Sequence record: SRR22947727_980
Reading direction: 5' to 3' (one strand)
DNA length: 53,108 nucleotides
Part shown: positions 10,464 through 19,818 of the stretch, piece after piece
Numbering within the stretch: position 1 is the stretch's first letter
How the letters are laid out: every line of letters starts with the position of its first letter
The notes under the pieces: generated by a model
Told to the model about the DNA's origin: nothing
The model's input: the letters and a program-made list of their open reading frames with translations, nothing else
The model's database searches: none
Program-made: the position numbers and the translations under genes

Positions 10464-10479
10464 TCTAAATCAATTTAGA
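10464..10479. promoter_or_regulatory. Candidate LacI-family-like operator upstream of ribokinase
   Basis: TCTAAAT-CA-ATTTAGA perfect 7-bp inverted repeat, 18 nt before the rbsK ATG; one base from a TAAATCGATTTA LacI-type core. AT-rich, so chance is possible. Confidence 0.4.
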
Positions 10480-10497
10480 CTTTTTTCTGAGGATAAT

Positions 10498-11355
10498 ATG
10501 ACAAGCTTAAAAATATGCTCTTTAGGTTCTATAAATTTAGACTTTATTGTTCAAACCCATTGTTTGCCCACAGCTGGTAAAACTATAGGAGGAGGTACTT
10601 TTGAAACACACCCAGGAGGTAAAGGTGCTAATGTTGCACTAGCAGCAAAAAAAATGGGTGCATATACTACTTTATTAGGTGCTGTTGGTAATGATGAATT
10701 TGCTGTGAAGGCTCTTGATTTATTAAAAAAATCAGATGTGGACCTTAAAAGCATAGTAGTTCTTGATGATGTCTCTACTGGTGTTGCATTTATTAATGTT
10801 GATGAAGATGGTGAGAATCAGATTGCTGTTGCCTCAGGTGCTAATAAAAAATTCTCTCCTGAGCATATTGGAATTATAGATTATGATGGCATTATTACTC
10901 AATTTGAGATTCCGTTAGAAACAATATTTGAAGCTATCAAGAATTACAAAGGATTTGTGGCAATAAATCCATCACCAGTTTTAGATGGATTGGATAAGTT
11001 ATTACCTTACGCATCAGTTATAATTGTTAATGAAGGTGAATATCAGGCTTATAAGGAAACTCTAAAATCCTATACCGGATTATTAGCAGTTACTCACGGT
11101 GCTCAAGGGGCGGTACTAATTAAAAATAATATTGTATTAGCCTCCGTTAAGCCTCCCCACATGAATGCAATAGATACCACCGGGGCAGGCGATTGTTTTG
11201 CAGCGGCGCTTTCCATATCTTTGATGGAGGGAAGGTCTTACGAAGATGCATTAGCATTTGCATGTGCTGCAGGTGCATTAGTTACTCAAAAAATAGGCAC
11301 GCAACCTGCTATACCGTTTCGCCACGAAGTAGAAAAATTATCTAGTATCTTTTAA
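10498..11355 (+). CDS. rbsK: Ribokinase (PfkB family)
   Basis: GSINLD, PGGKGANVA, NEGE, DTTGAGDCF anion-hole motif. Confidence 0.9.
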   Translation: MTSLKICSLGSINLDFIVQTHCLPTAGKTIGGGTFETHPGGKGANVALAAKKMGAYTTLLGAVGNDEFAVKALDLLKKSDVDLKSIVVLDDVSTGVAFINVDEDGENQIAVASGANKKFSPEHIGIIDYDGIITQFEIPLETIFEAIKNYKGFVAINPSPVLDGLDKLLPYASVIIVNEGEYQAYKETLKSYTGLLAVTHGAQGAVLIKNNIVLASVKPPHMNAIDTTGAGDCFAAALSISLMEGRSYEDALAFACAAGALVTQKIGTQPAIPFRHEVEKLSSIF

Positions 11356-11904
11356 TATTCTAAAAAAACGTTCAGGCACTGGTTTTTTTTCCATTATTTC
11401 TTTAAGGGTGCAGCCTACCATTTCATGTGGGAAAACAGTCCATGATTTAGTTTTGTGAACAAAGTAATCTGGTTTTCTTTTGGTTTTATTTTTTTTTGGT
11501 TTGTAAAAAACCGTAGCGACTTTAATTTCACAGGGCTCGCTTAATTTGCAGTTGGTTTTTATTGCTTCAATTGTTGCTTCAACCGATCGACCTGTATCAA
11601 AGATATCATCAACTAATAAAACTTTACTATCGGATGAAATATTTTCAATAATTTGAGTGATTCCGAAAATCTTTACTTCATTTGATTGCTTGTTTATTCC
11701 TTTATATGAAGAAGTTCTAATGGCAAAGTGTTCTGCATGTACGCCAAGTAAATCTAATATTTCATGAACGGCGATGCCAATCGGTGCCCCACCTCGCCAA
11801 ATTCCAATAATGTGTGTTGGGTTAAACTCACTTTCAAATATCTTGAGCCCCAATTCAAATGAACTTTTAAGTAGTTCTTCAGCTGTAATAAATAGTTTTT
11901 CCAT
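11338..11904 (-). CDS. Type I phosphoribosyltransferase (hypoxanthine/xanthine-guanine PRT-like)
   Basis: GIWRGG, PRPP-binding VLLVDDIFDTGRS, WTVFPHE. Confidence 0.88.
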   Translation of the reverse strand: MEKLFITAEELLKSSFELGLKIFESEFNPTHIIGIWRGGAPIGIAVHEILDLLGVHAEHFAIRTSSYKGINKQSNEVKIFGITQIIENISSDSKVLLVDDIFDTGRSVEATIEAIKTNCKLSEPCEIKVATVFYKPKKNKTKRKPDYFVHKTKSWTVFPHEMVGCTLKEIMEKKPVPERFFRILKDTR

Positions 11905-11975
11905 GTAATAAAGTTAATATAAAGCTTTTCTGTAATCAACTGTTCTAATCCTGTAAAAATACGTTATAGTAATTT

Positions 11976-12914
11976 ATGAAACGGAAACTTATAATTGATT
12001 GCGACCCAGGACAAGATGATTGCATAAATCTGTTTCTGGCCTTACCTCCTACAAATCTGTATGAGGTATTAGGGATAACTGTTGTAGCTGGTAATGTAAG
12101 TTTAGATAAAGTTTCAAGAAATGCCCGTCTGATCTGCGAGTTGTCTAATCGTTTTGATATTCCTGTTTATGAAGGCTGTGATGCTCCTCTAGAGATTTCT
12201 TTGGTAACAGCAGAGGAAGTGCATAGTGATGAAGGTTTAGAAGGAATAGAGATTTTTGAACCAAAAATTAAAGCTCAAGATAAACATGCTGTGGACTTTA
12301 TAATTGATGAATTAATGGCTGCTGAAAACGGAGAAATCACTTTAGTTCCCACAGGCCCTCTTACTAATATTGCATCAGCTATTCAGAAAGAGCCATTAAT
12401 TGTTGATAAAATAGCTGAAATTGTTTTGATGGGTGGCGCTATGAGAGAAGGAGGAAATATTACTCCTTCTGCAGAATTTAATATTTTTGTTGATCCTAAA
12501 GCTGCCCAAATAGTATTTTCTAGTGAATGTAAAATAACTGTTTTTGGGCTTGATGTAACTCATCAAGTTTTATCTTCCTTTGAAGTCCTCGAGAGAATTA
12601 AGGCAATTAAAAATAATGTTGCTCAGTCGGCTTACAATCTATTAACTTGCTATGGTCGATTTGATGCTGAAAAATATGGTAATGATGGAGCGCCATTGCA
12701 TGATCCATGTACAATGGCCTATATCCTTAAGCCCGATTTATTTGAGTTTAAACAATGCAATGTGAGAGTAGAAGTTCAATCTGAATTAACGAGGGGTCAT
12801 ACCTCTGTAGATTTTTGGAATTCCACTAGTTTGCCCCAAAATAGCTTTTGGGCACATAAGGTTGATACTGAGGGCTTTTTTGATTTGTTGGTTCATCAAC
12901 TTAAAAAATATTAA
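11976..12914 (+). CDS. Inosine/uridine-preferring nucleoside hydrolase
   Basis: Ca-binding DCDPGQDD, TGPLTNIA, AEFNIFVDP, LHDP. Confidence 0.93.
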   Translation: MKRKLIIDCDPGQDDCINLFLALPPTNLYEVLGITVVAGNVSLDKVSRNARLICELSNRFDIPVYEGCDAPLEISLVTAEEVHSDEGLEGIEIFEPKIKAQDKHAVDFIIDELMAAENGEITLVPTGPLTNIASAIQKEPLIVDKIAEIVLMGGAMREGGNITPSAEFNIFVDPKAAQIVFSSECKITVFGLDVTHQVLSSFEVLERIKAIKNNVAQSAYNLLTCYGRFDAEKYGNDGAPLHDPCTMAYILKPDLFEFKQCNVRVEVQSELTRGHTSVDFWNSTSLPQNSFWAHKVDTEGFFDLLVHQLKKY

Positions 12915-12919
12915 AGACT

Positions 12920-13504
12920 TTATTTGCAGGTTTTTTTCTCTAGCCAATGTCTTCTGCATAGGCTTATGTACTTTTCATTTCCTCCTACTTCAACTTGTTC
13001 ACCATCTGTTATAGCTTTGCCTTTGGTGTCAAAGCGCAAAGTCATCGTAGCTTTTCTTCCACACCAACAAAGTGTTCTTATTTCTCTCACGTCATCTGCG
13101 ATTGCTAACATTGTAGCGCTTCCGGGAAATAGATTTCCTTTGAAATCTGTTCTAAGACCATAGCACATAACTGGTATGCCAAAATCATCAGATATACTCG
13201 CAAGTTGCCAAACCTGATCTGAGGTTAGAAATTGAGACTCGTCAAGAAGAATACAATCGACTTTTATTTTATTATAATATTGTTTTATAAATTCTTCTAA
13301 ATTTGTATCCGTAGTAAAAATTTCTGCCTCAGCTTTGATTCCAATTCTTGAAACAATGTGATTTGATAATGGATCACGTGTGTCAACCTCAGGCTTTAGT
13401 AGCAGTGTTTTCATACCTCTCTCATGATAATTATATGCTGACTGGAGTAATATAGCAGATTTTCCAGCATTCATTGCCGAATAACTAAAATATAATTTTG
13501 CCAT
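12920..13504 (-). CDS. tdk: Thymidine kinase
   Basis: YSAMNAGKS, LDESQFL, YGLRTDF, zinc-site CWCG...CRRH. Confidence 0.96.
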   Translation of the reverse strand: MAKLYFSYSAMNAGKSAILLQSAYNYHERGMKTLLLKPEVDTRDPLSNHIVSRIGIKAEAEIFTTDTNLEEFIKQYYNKIKVDCILLDESQFLTSDQVWQLASISDDFGIPVMCYGLRTDFKGNLFPGSATMLAIADDVREIRTLCWCGRKATMTLRFDTKGKAITDGEQVEVGGNEKYISLCRRHWLEKKTCK

Positions 13505-13580
13505 TAATTAAGCCTTTTTGAACGAATCTATTCTTCATTCAATACACGAATTATTTATTTGCCCAAACTAGTAGATGAAT

Positions 13581-13796
13581 CTAAAAACTACGACTCCTAG
13601 CCTGAACTCTAAAAGCTTTTGGCACAGGCGGTATTAAAGTTTGGTATGCCTCTTGGGCCAAAAAAAACCCGCGCTCGTCCGCATAGGGACTATCAGGATG
13701 AAAAAACTTTGCTTTTTTACGCCAAGCAGTCCTAATGTCGGCTTCTCTTGCTGACATATTGAGACCTAAGGTAAGTAAGGCTTGTTGACGTGTCAT
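13581..13796 (-). CDS. Minimal J-domain protein (about 71 aa)
   Basis: MTRQQALLTLGL...IRTAWRKKAKFFHPD...AYQTL. Start moved to the ATG at 13796, where the J-domain begins. Confidence 0.8.
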   Translation of the reverse strand: MTRQQALLTLGLNMSAREADIRTAWRKKAKFFHPDSPYADERGFFLAQEAYQTLIPPVPKAFRVQARSRSF

Positions 13797-13923
13797 TATT
13801 ATAGCCCTAAATTCTAAGAGGAAACCATTATTCGATATCAGCGTATCTGATAATAGTAACGACATAGTTAACAATAAGGTTAATTATAGGGTTAATTAAT
13901 AAATTTTTAGCTGTGGAAATACA

Positions 13924-14580
13924 ATGAATAAATCGATAATTCCAATTACTCCAAGTGAAACAGAATATGCTTCCAGCAAGTCGAGAGATGTAAGCTGGAT
14001 AAAAAGTTTAAACCCTATTGAATTATTTTCAGAATGGCTGTCTGATGCAATTACATCAGAAGTAAATGATGCTAATGCGATGTCTGTTGCCACAGTAGAT
14101 AAAAATGGAATGCCAGATGTCCGTATTGTTTTACTAAAAAATTTAGATGAGCGCGGTTTTGTATTTTATTCAAACTCAGAAAGCTCTAAAGGCCAGCAGT
14201 TAATTTTTAGCAATAAAGTAGCCTTAGGCTTTCACTGGAAAAGTAAAAAAAGACAGGTACGTGTGCGGGGGAATGCCGAGGTTGTAACTTCAATTGAAGC
14301 GGACAATTATTTTGCATCTAGAGCCCGTGGATCAAGACTAAGCGCTTGGGCTTCAAATCAATCACGTCCAGTTAAAGATAGAGAAACAATGATGCACAAA
14401 TTAAATAAAATCGAAGCAAAATTTGAAGGAAGTTCTGTTCCACGGCCAAGTCATTGGCAGGGTTGGCGAGTAAAACCAGAAACTATAGAGTTTTGGCAAG
14501 ATGGCGCTTACAGATTCCATGATCGCATAGTTTTTTCTTCGAATGGCGATAGCTGGATCAAGAGTAGGCTTTATCCATAG
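13924..14580 (+). CDS. pdxH: Pyridoxamine 5'-phosphate oxidase
   Basis: RIVLLK, RQVRVRG, SAWASNQS, IEFWQDG..RFHDR, C-terminal RLYP. Confidence 0.96.
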   Translation: MNKSIIPITPSETEYASSKSRDVSWIKSLNPIELFSEWLSDAITSEVNDANAMSVATVDKNGMPDVRIVLLKNLDERGFVFYSNSESSKGQQLIFSNKVALGFHWKSKKRQVRVRGNAEVVTSIEADNYFASRARGSRLSAWASNQSRPVKDRETMMHKLNKIEAKFEGSSVPRPSHWQGWRVKPETIEFWQDGAYRFHDRIVFSSNGDSWIKSRLYP

Positions 14581-14585
14581 TATAG

Positions 14586-15485
14586 CTAATTAGAAGTTAT
14601 TGTATATCTGCACTGCAGACTATTATCTGTACCCGCCGTCACTATGCCTTTTTCTCGAAGATGTATTAAATGTGCTAGTACACTATGGGCCGCAGCTGGG
14701 TATAGTCTTTTATCAAGATTTGAGTACAATTTCTTCACAATATCTAAAATTTCATTGGAACCTGTTTTGAGTGCATCAATAATTTGCTGTTCTCGATTAT
14801 ATCTATGATTTATGTAAGCATCAATAAAGTTATTGACCTCTTTAATATAAGTTCCGTGAGTTGGAAATAGTAATGAAAAATCTCTGTCTTTTATTTTTTT
14901 TAAGCTGTTTAAGTAATCGCCCATGTGACCTTCATAAGGAGATACCACACTCGTAGACCAGCCCATTATATGATCACCTGAAAATAGTAAATTCTCTTCC
15001 TTAAGAGCGTAACAAACGTGATTAGATGTATGTCCTGGTGTGTGGATAGCTTCAATAGTCCATCCTTCACCTTTGAATAAATCTCCGCATTTAATATCCA
15101 CATCAGGTTTAAAAGTGTTGTCATCACCCTCTTCAAGGGATGGAATTTTTATTTTATTTTTTTTATCAGTGCTAAGTCCATATATATTGCAACCGTGTTC
15201 AAGTGCTAGGGGTTTGGCTAGAGGTGAGTGATCAAGGTGATGGTGTGTCAAAAAGATATGGGTAACTTTTTTTTCTGTAAGTGCTTTTTTGAGCGCTTTC
15301 TTGTGTTCAGATGTATTTGGTCCAGGATCTATAACGGCTACGTTTTTATTTCCAACAATATAGACACCTGTTCCTGTAAAAGTAAAAGGACCTGGATTAT
15401 TGGCAATAACTCTTTTAACGCGAGGGCTCATGACAGAACATTCGCCGTATTTAAAATCAAAGTCTTTTATAAATGGAATGCTCAT
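14586..15485 (-). CDS. MBL-fold metallo-hydrolase (LACTB2-like, with C-terminal winged helix)
   Basis: NPGPFTFTGT, THHHLDH, TPGHTSNH, SGDH, PTHG. Confidence 0.88.
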   Translation of the reverse strand: MSIPFIKDFDFKYGECSVMSPRVKRVIANNPGPFTFTGTGVYIVGNKNVAVIDPGPNTSEHKKALKKALTEKKVTHIFLTHHHLDHSPLAKPLALEHGCNIYGLSTDKKNKIKIPSLEEGDDNTFKPDVDIKCGDLFKGEGWTIEAIHTPGHTSNHVCYALKEENLLFSGDHIMGWSTSVVSPYEGHMGDYLNSLKKIKDRDFSLLFPTHGTYIKEVNNFIDAYINHRYNREQQIIDALKTGSNEILDIVKKLYSNLDKRLYPAAAHSVLAHLIHLREKGIVTAGTDNSLQCRYTITSN

Positions 15486-15522
15486 TATTTGAATATCATA
15501 TGAAATTCTAGTTTAAACATTT

Positions 15523-16170
15523 TTATCTTACACGTCTTACACGTATAGCAACCCCACGTGAGTTAATTCTCAGGAAGAAACTGCCTAAAGCCCCCTTGGA
15601 TATTAATGCAGTATTTTTTTCCTGGTTTTTTGTTTTTGGTAATTTAAAGCGTGTAGTATCGATTTGTTCCCAAACCTGTCCGTTTGTCATAAAGAACCTG
15701 GTTTTTTTATAGCCAAACTCTGTCGTTTTTTTGATATTTAAAACAACTTCATCAATATTTTTTACTTTAATATTTTGCTTTTTATCTTTTTTCTTATCTG
15801 ATTTTTTTACAGGTGATATCAGATCATTTGTTTCTGTAACATTCTCTGCGCTGGCCACACCTTCAGGATTTTCTTTTAATCCAAATATGCGATTGATAGA
15901 TAAAGAAGGAATATTAAAACCAAAGGCTTCGCGTTCAACATTTTCAATTTTTGATTTACTTACGGTCACTAATTCCCCGTCATTATTGGCCTTTTCAAAG
16001 CGTTCTACGGCGTTATCATAGCATTCAAGCCTTGTTTTTGGATTTTTTAGAGACTTACATTTATATATAGCTAACAATTCATCTGGGGTATCTCTGTCTT
16101 GTGCGAAAGATATATTTATCGCGAATATGCCAATCACAGCTGATATTATCAGAAAGTTTGCTTTAATCAT
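15523..16170 (-). CDS. Secreted hypothetical protein with N-terminal C-x11-CYD motif, divergent from the second TonB-dependent receptor
   Basis: Signal peptide (..SFA-Q); KCKSLKNPKTRLECYD; C-terminal beta-rich FMTNGQVWEQ...GALGSFFL...IRVRRVR. Confidence 0.75.
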   Translation of the reverse strand: MIKANFLIISAVIGIFAINISFAQDRDTPDELLAIYKCKSLKNPKTRLECYDNAVERFEKANNDGELVTVSKSKIENVEREAFGFNIPSLSINRIFGLKENPEGVASAENVTETNDLISPVKKSDKKKDKKQNIKVKNIDEVVLNIKKTTEFGYKKTRFFMTNGQVWEQIDTTRFKLPKTKNQEKNTALISKGALGSFFLRINSRGVAIRVRRVR

Positions 16171-16276
16171 TTGCTGCTCATTTGTATTAAAAAATTAATT
16201 TATTAACTAAATTCTTACCCGTCTATCCTTGAGTTATATATAGAAATTCAAAAAGAACAATATTGAGATTAAGGTG

Positions 16277-16294
16277 GGTGGCAAATTTGCAACT
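16277..16294. promoter_or_regulatory. Imperfect palindrome resembling the site at 7486-7503
   Basis: gGTGGC-AAATTT-GCAACt; ends 138 nt before the receptor ATG at 16433. Confidence 0.4.
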
Positions 16295-16432
16295 ATGCCA
16301 TAAAAATATTTTTTTTATTAAATTTTAGTAATTTTTTTCTTGTGACTCATGCTTTTATAGGATTTAAGCATAGATTACATACGGAATGAATCCGTCAAAA
16401 TTAAAATGAAACCAGTTCGAAGGGGTTCCTTT

Positions 16433-19400
16433 ATGAATATTTTAGACAAAACACGTTTGCTTCAAACTTCTATTTTATCAAGTTTGATGATGGGATTGGG
16501 AGGAGTTGCTTACGCACAAGTTGATACAACCCCAGCTGAGGTAGAACAAGTTGAAGCAGAAGCAGAAGAAGATGATTTTGCAGAGGAGAAAGGTGAAATA
16601 GTTGTTACTGGTTCACGTCTTCGTAGGAATGAATTTACATCCGCTTCGCCATTACAGGTTATCGATGGGGAGCTTGCTCGAGACCTAGGTTTAGTTGATG
16701 CTTCAGATTTACTAGGACAAACAACTGTTGTTCAAGGTCAGCAAATTACTACTGGTTTATCAACATCAGCTGGTAATTTATCAGCTAACGGGCCTGGTTC
16801 TGCTACTGCATCTCTTCGTGGTTTGAATCCTGGACGTACATTAGTTTTAGTTAATGGTCGACGCTTAGCTCCTGCTGGTGTTCGTGGCGCTCCAAGTGCG
16901 CCGGACCTTAACCTTATCCCAGGCTCGCTTGTACAGCGCGTTGACGTACTTCTTGATGGTGCTTCATCGGTTTATGGTTCAGATGCTGTTGCGGGTGTTG
17001 TTAACTATCAGTTACAAAGAGAGTTCGAAGGTATTGAAATTGATGCATACGCTACAATACCTGAGCTACCGGGTAATGCTGGTCACAGAGAAGTCTTTTC
17101 TCTTAAGACAGGTGTATCTAATGATAAAGGTTTCTTAACGTTCGCAGCTGAGCACAGCCGTGTGGCAGGATATCCTGAAAGTGCGATGTCTGATTTTTAT
17201 TCTCCATATAGCAATGGGTGCTTAAGTTATGTTACTCAGGGTGCTAGTGGTGAAATTTATGATCCAGACCGATGTGCTGGTTCTTTCGGTGCTGGCTCTG
17301 CTATTACTGGCATCGGGTATCTAGGTTATCAAGAAGGTAACGTAGGCGAGGTTTATCGAGGCTTTGCTTTACCAGATAACTTCACTGGAATTGGAATCAC
17401 TGGAAACCTGATTCAGCCTGACGATCCAGATGGACAAAGATTGTTAATATTCCCTGAAGAACTGGATGCAGCTTTTGCGCCAGACTTTAACCGTACATCA
17501 ATGTTCACGTTTGGTGAGTATGACACGGGTCTCTATGGTAATATGACAGCTTATTTTGAAGCTTCGTATGCTACCCGTGAGACAAAAACTAACACAGCTG
17601 GTCAGGGCGCCATTAATTTATCTGGTGACTATCCTCTTAATCAGTTCGATTTTGCTGGTACTAGCTCAACGCTTTTTTTCCAATCAACTTTTATTAACGA
17701 CACAAATGTTGCGCAAACACGCTTCATCTCTGGTCTGAAGGGTGACCTTCCTTTTCTTGAGGAAGCTGGTTTAAATAATTGGGCTTATGATGTTAATGTG
17801 AGTTATTCTCGTTCAAGTGGTCAAGATGCCGTAAAGGGTATCCCATACTTTCCGCGCCTAGCCCAAACACTTAACAACACAGTGGTTGATGCTACAACAG
17901 GTGAAATATCTTGTACGCCTGTAACTGTATCAGGGGCGGATCAAGACGTGCCTTGTCGTCCTTTAAACTTCTTTGAGCCAACTTTCTTGTTTGGCGGAGA
18001 ATTTGAAGACCCAGAAGATACTGAATACCTTTTCCCGAATCGTTTAACTGATACCATTGTTAAGCAAAACATGATTCAGGGTTATGTTTCTGGTGATCTT
18101 TTTGATATTCCCACAGGTGGTACAGTGATTGCTGGATTTGGTGGTGAATATCGTGAAGATATTATTGAAACACGCACCTCCTTAGCGGGTGATTTTGAAG
18201 GTTTCTTCAATGATCCAGGCTCAAATGGTAGAAGAACTTTACATGAAGTCTTCGGTGAGATTGAAGTGCCATTGGTTAAAGATCAGTATGGTATTCATGA
18301 GTTGAGTGTTAACCTCGCTGGACGTTATACCGATGAAAGTAACTTTGGTTCAGCTGAAACTTATAGTGTTAAGGGCGTGTTTGCTCCAACTGATTGGTTG
18401 AGCTTACGTGCCACATATGGCACATCATTCCGTGCTCCTAATTTAGGAGAGCAGTTTGGTGGACGCGTAACAGGATTTGCTAACCCAAGCGACCCATGTC
18501 GTGTTCCAGGTGTGGCTGTTCCGTTCCAAGATACTGATGGTGACGGAGAAGATGATAGACGTATCTATGATGCAAACTTAGACCCACGTGATGCTGACAT
18601 TATTGCAAACTGCCAAAATGGCGGTGGCCCATTTGGTCTTGCTGCTACGGACCCATTCAATTTAGGAGCCAATGGTATAGGTACAAGTCCAACCCCATTC
18701 TTCTATGGGTCACCAACAAGAGTGGCAACTGGTTCAAATCCTGATCTCAAGCCAGAAACTTCAACTGCGATCTCAGTAGGTGGGTCATTCGATCAGCCTT
18801 GGTTTGAAGATTTTGACTTACGTTTTGCAGTTAACTATTTTGAGATAGAGATCAATGATGAGGTTAACCAGTTAACAGCTGGTACAATTGTTAATCGTTG
18901 CTATAACTCAACAGGGTTAACGGATCCAACATGTGAGTTTATAACACGTGCTCCGCGTACAACTGATCCTACATCTGGTGAAGTGACATTTGTGTCAGCT
19001 TTAAATCAGAACTTAGGTGCCCAGTACGTTGAAGGTATCGACTACAACGCTGAATTTGGTTTTGATTTCAAAGCACCTTTCTCAGATGACCAATTTGATT
19101 ACAATTTAATCTTCCGTGCTACGCAGTCGCTCAGACAGGATATAGAGGAAGCTATTGTTACTGGTGTTAGAGTTAATGACAATTTGGGTGAATATGGTAA
19201 TCCAAAGTGGCGCTTGAACTTTACACAGCAGCTAACTTGGAAAGATTTTGGTTTCTTATTCCAGTCACGTTATCTTGATAGTATGGTTGAAAGTGTGATT
19301 GAATCAGAAAGAAATGATCCTGTTACTACTTTCTTCTCACGTTGTGTTCAAGCTGAGGGCGCTGGTACTCCAGAAAACCGTAATTGTCGTCAATATGATG

Positions 19401-19594
19401 ATTTGGCTAGTTATTGGTTACATAGCGCATCAATATCATATTCGAAAGATACATATGTACTACGTGCAGGTGTAAACAACGTATTTGATACTGCTCCTCC
19501 TTTGACTGATAATAACAATTTAGGTAGCCTTGCGGGTATCGGCTATGATATTGGCGGACGTACTTTCTTTGTAAACGCGACTAAAAAGTTTTAA
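16433..19594 (+). CDS. TonB-dependent receptor (Cys-rich loops; candidate peptide uptake)
   Basis: SD AAGGGG then ATG 16433; signal peptide; EIVVTGSR TonB-box region; RTLVLVNGRR and GASSVYGSDAVAGVVN plug motifs; C-terminal F. Confidence 0.93.
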   Translation: MNILDKTRLLQTSILSSLMMGLGGVAYAQVDTTPAEVEQVEAEAEEDDFAEEKGEIVVTGSRLRRNEFTSASPLQVIDGELARDLGLVDASDLLGQTTVVQGQQITTGLSTSAGNLSANGPGSATASLRGLNPGRTLVLVNGRRLAPAGVRGAPSAPDLNLIPGSLVQRVDVLLDGASSVYGSDAVAGVVNYQLQREFEGIEIDAYATIPELPGNAGHREVFSLKTGVSNDKGFLTFAAEHSRVAGYPESAMSDFYSPYSNGCLSYVTQGASGEIYDPDRCAGSFGAGSAITGIGYLGYQEGNVGEVYRGFALPDNFTGIGITGNLIQPDDPDGQRLLIFPEELDAAFAPDFNRTSMFTFGEYDTGLYGNMTAYFEASYATRETKTNTAGQGAINLSGDYPLNQFDFAGTSSTLFFQSTFINDTNVAQTRFISGLKGDLPFLEEAGLNNWAYDVNVSYSRSSGQDAVKGIPYFPRLAQTLNNTVVDATTGEISCTPVTVSGADQDVPCRPLNFFEPTFLFGGEFEDPEDTEYLFPNRLTDTIVKQNMIQGYVSGDLFDIPTGGTVIAGFGGEYREDIIETRTSLAGDFEGFFNDPGSNGRRTLHEVFGEIEVPLVKDQYGIHELSVNLAGRYTDESNFGSAETYSVKGVFAPTDWLSLRATYGTSFRAPNLGEQFGGRVTGFANPSDPCRVPGVAVPFQDTDGDGEDDRRIYDANLDPRDADIIANCQNGGGPFGLAATDPFNLGANGIGTSPTPFFYGSPTRVATGSNPDLKPETSTAISVGGSFDQPWFEDFDLRFAVNYFEIEINDEVNQLTAGTIVNRCYNSTGLTDPTCEFITRAPRTTDPTSGEVTFVSALNQNLGAQYVEGIDYNAEFGFDFKAPFSDDQFDYNLIFRATQSLRQDIEEAIVTGVRVNDNLGEYGNPKWRLNFTQQLTWKDFGFLFQSRYLDSMVESVIESERNDPVTTFFSRCVQAEGAGTPENRNCRQYDDLASYWLHSASISYSKDTYVLRAGVNNVFDTAPPLTDNNNLGSLAGIGYDIGGRTFFVNATKKF

Positions 19595-19619
19595 ATTACT
19601 CAGTAATTTGAATTTAATT

Positions 19620-19646
19620 AATCCCGCTTAATGCGGGATTTTTTTT
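19620..19646 (+). terminator. Rho-independent terminator
   Basis: AATCCCGC-TTAAT-GCGGGATT followed by a T run, about 25 nt after the receptor stop. Confidence 0.9.
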
Positions 19647-19818
19647 GTTGTAAACATATGTCATCCAGATTGTTAGGTAATTTTATTGTATTCTATAAGA
19701 TAGAAATCATAGGTTGTAAGTTTTTTAAAAATCAGAACGATTTGAGTTAAAAACGAATTGCAATTATAAATTTGAGCAGATAGAAGCCGCATTTATAAAG
19801 TTGACTCTGTAGTGTTTT

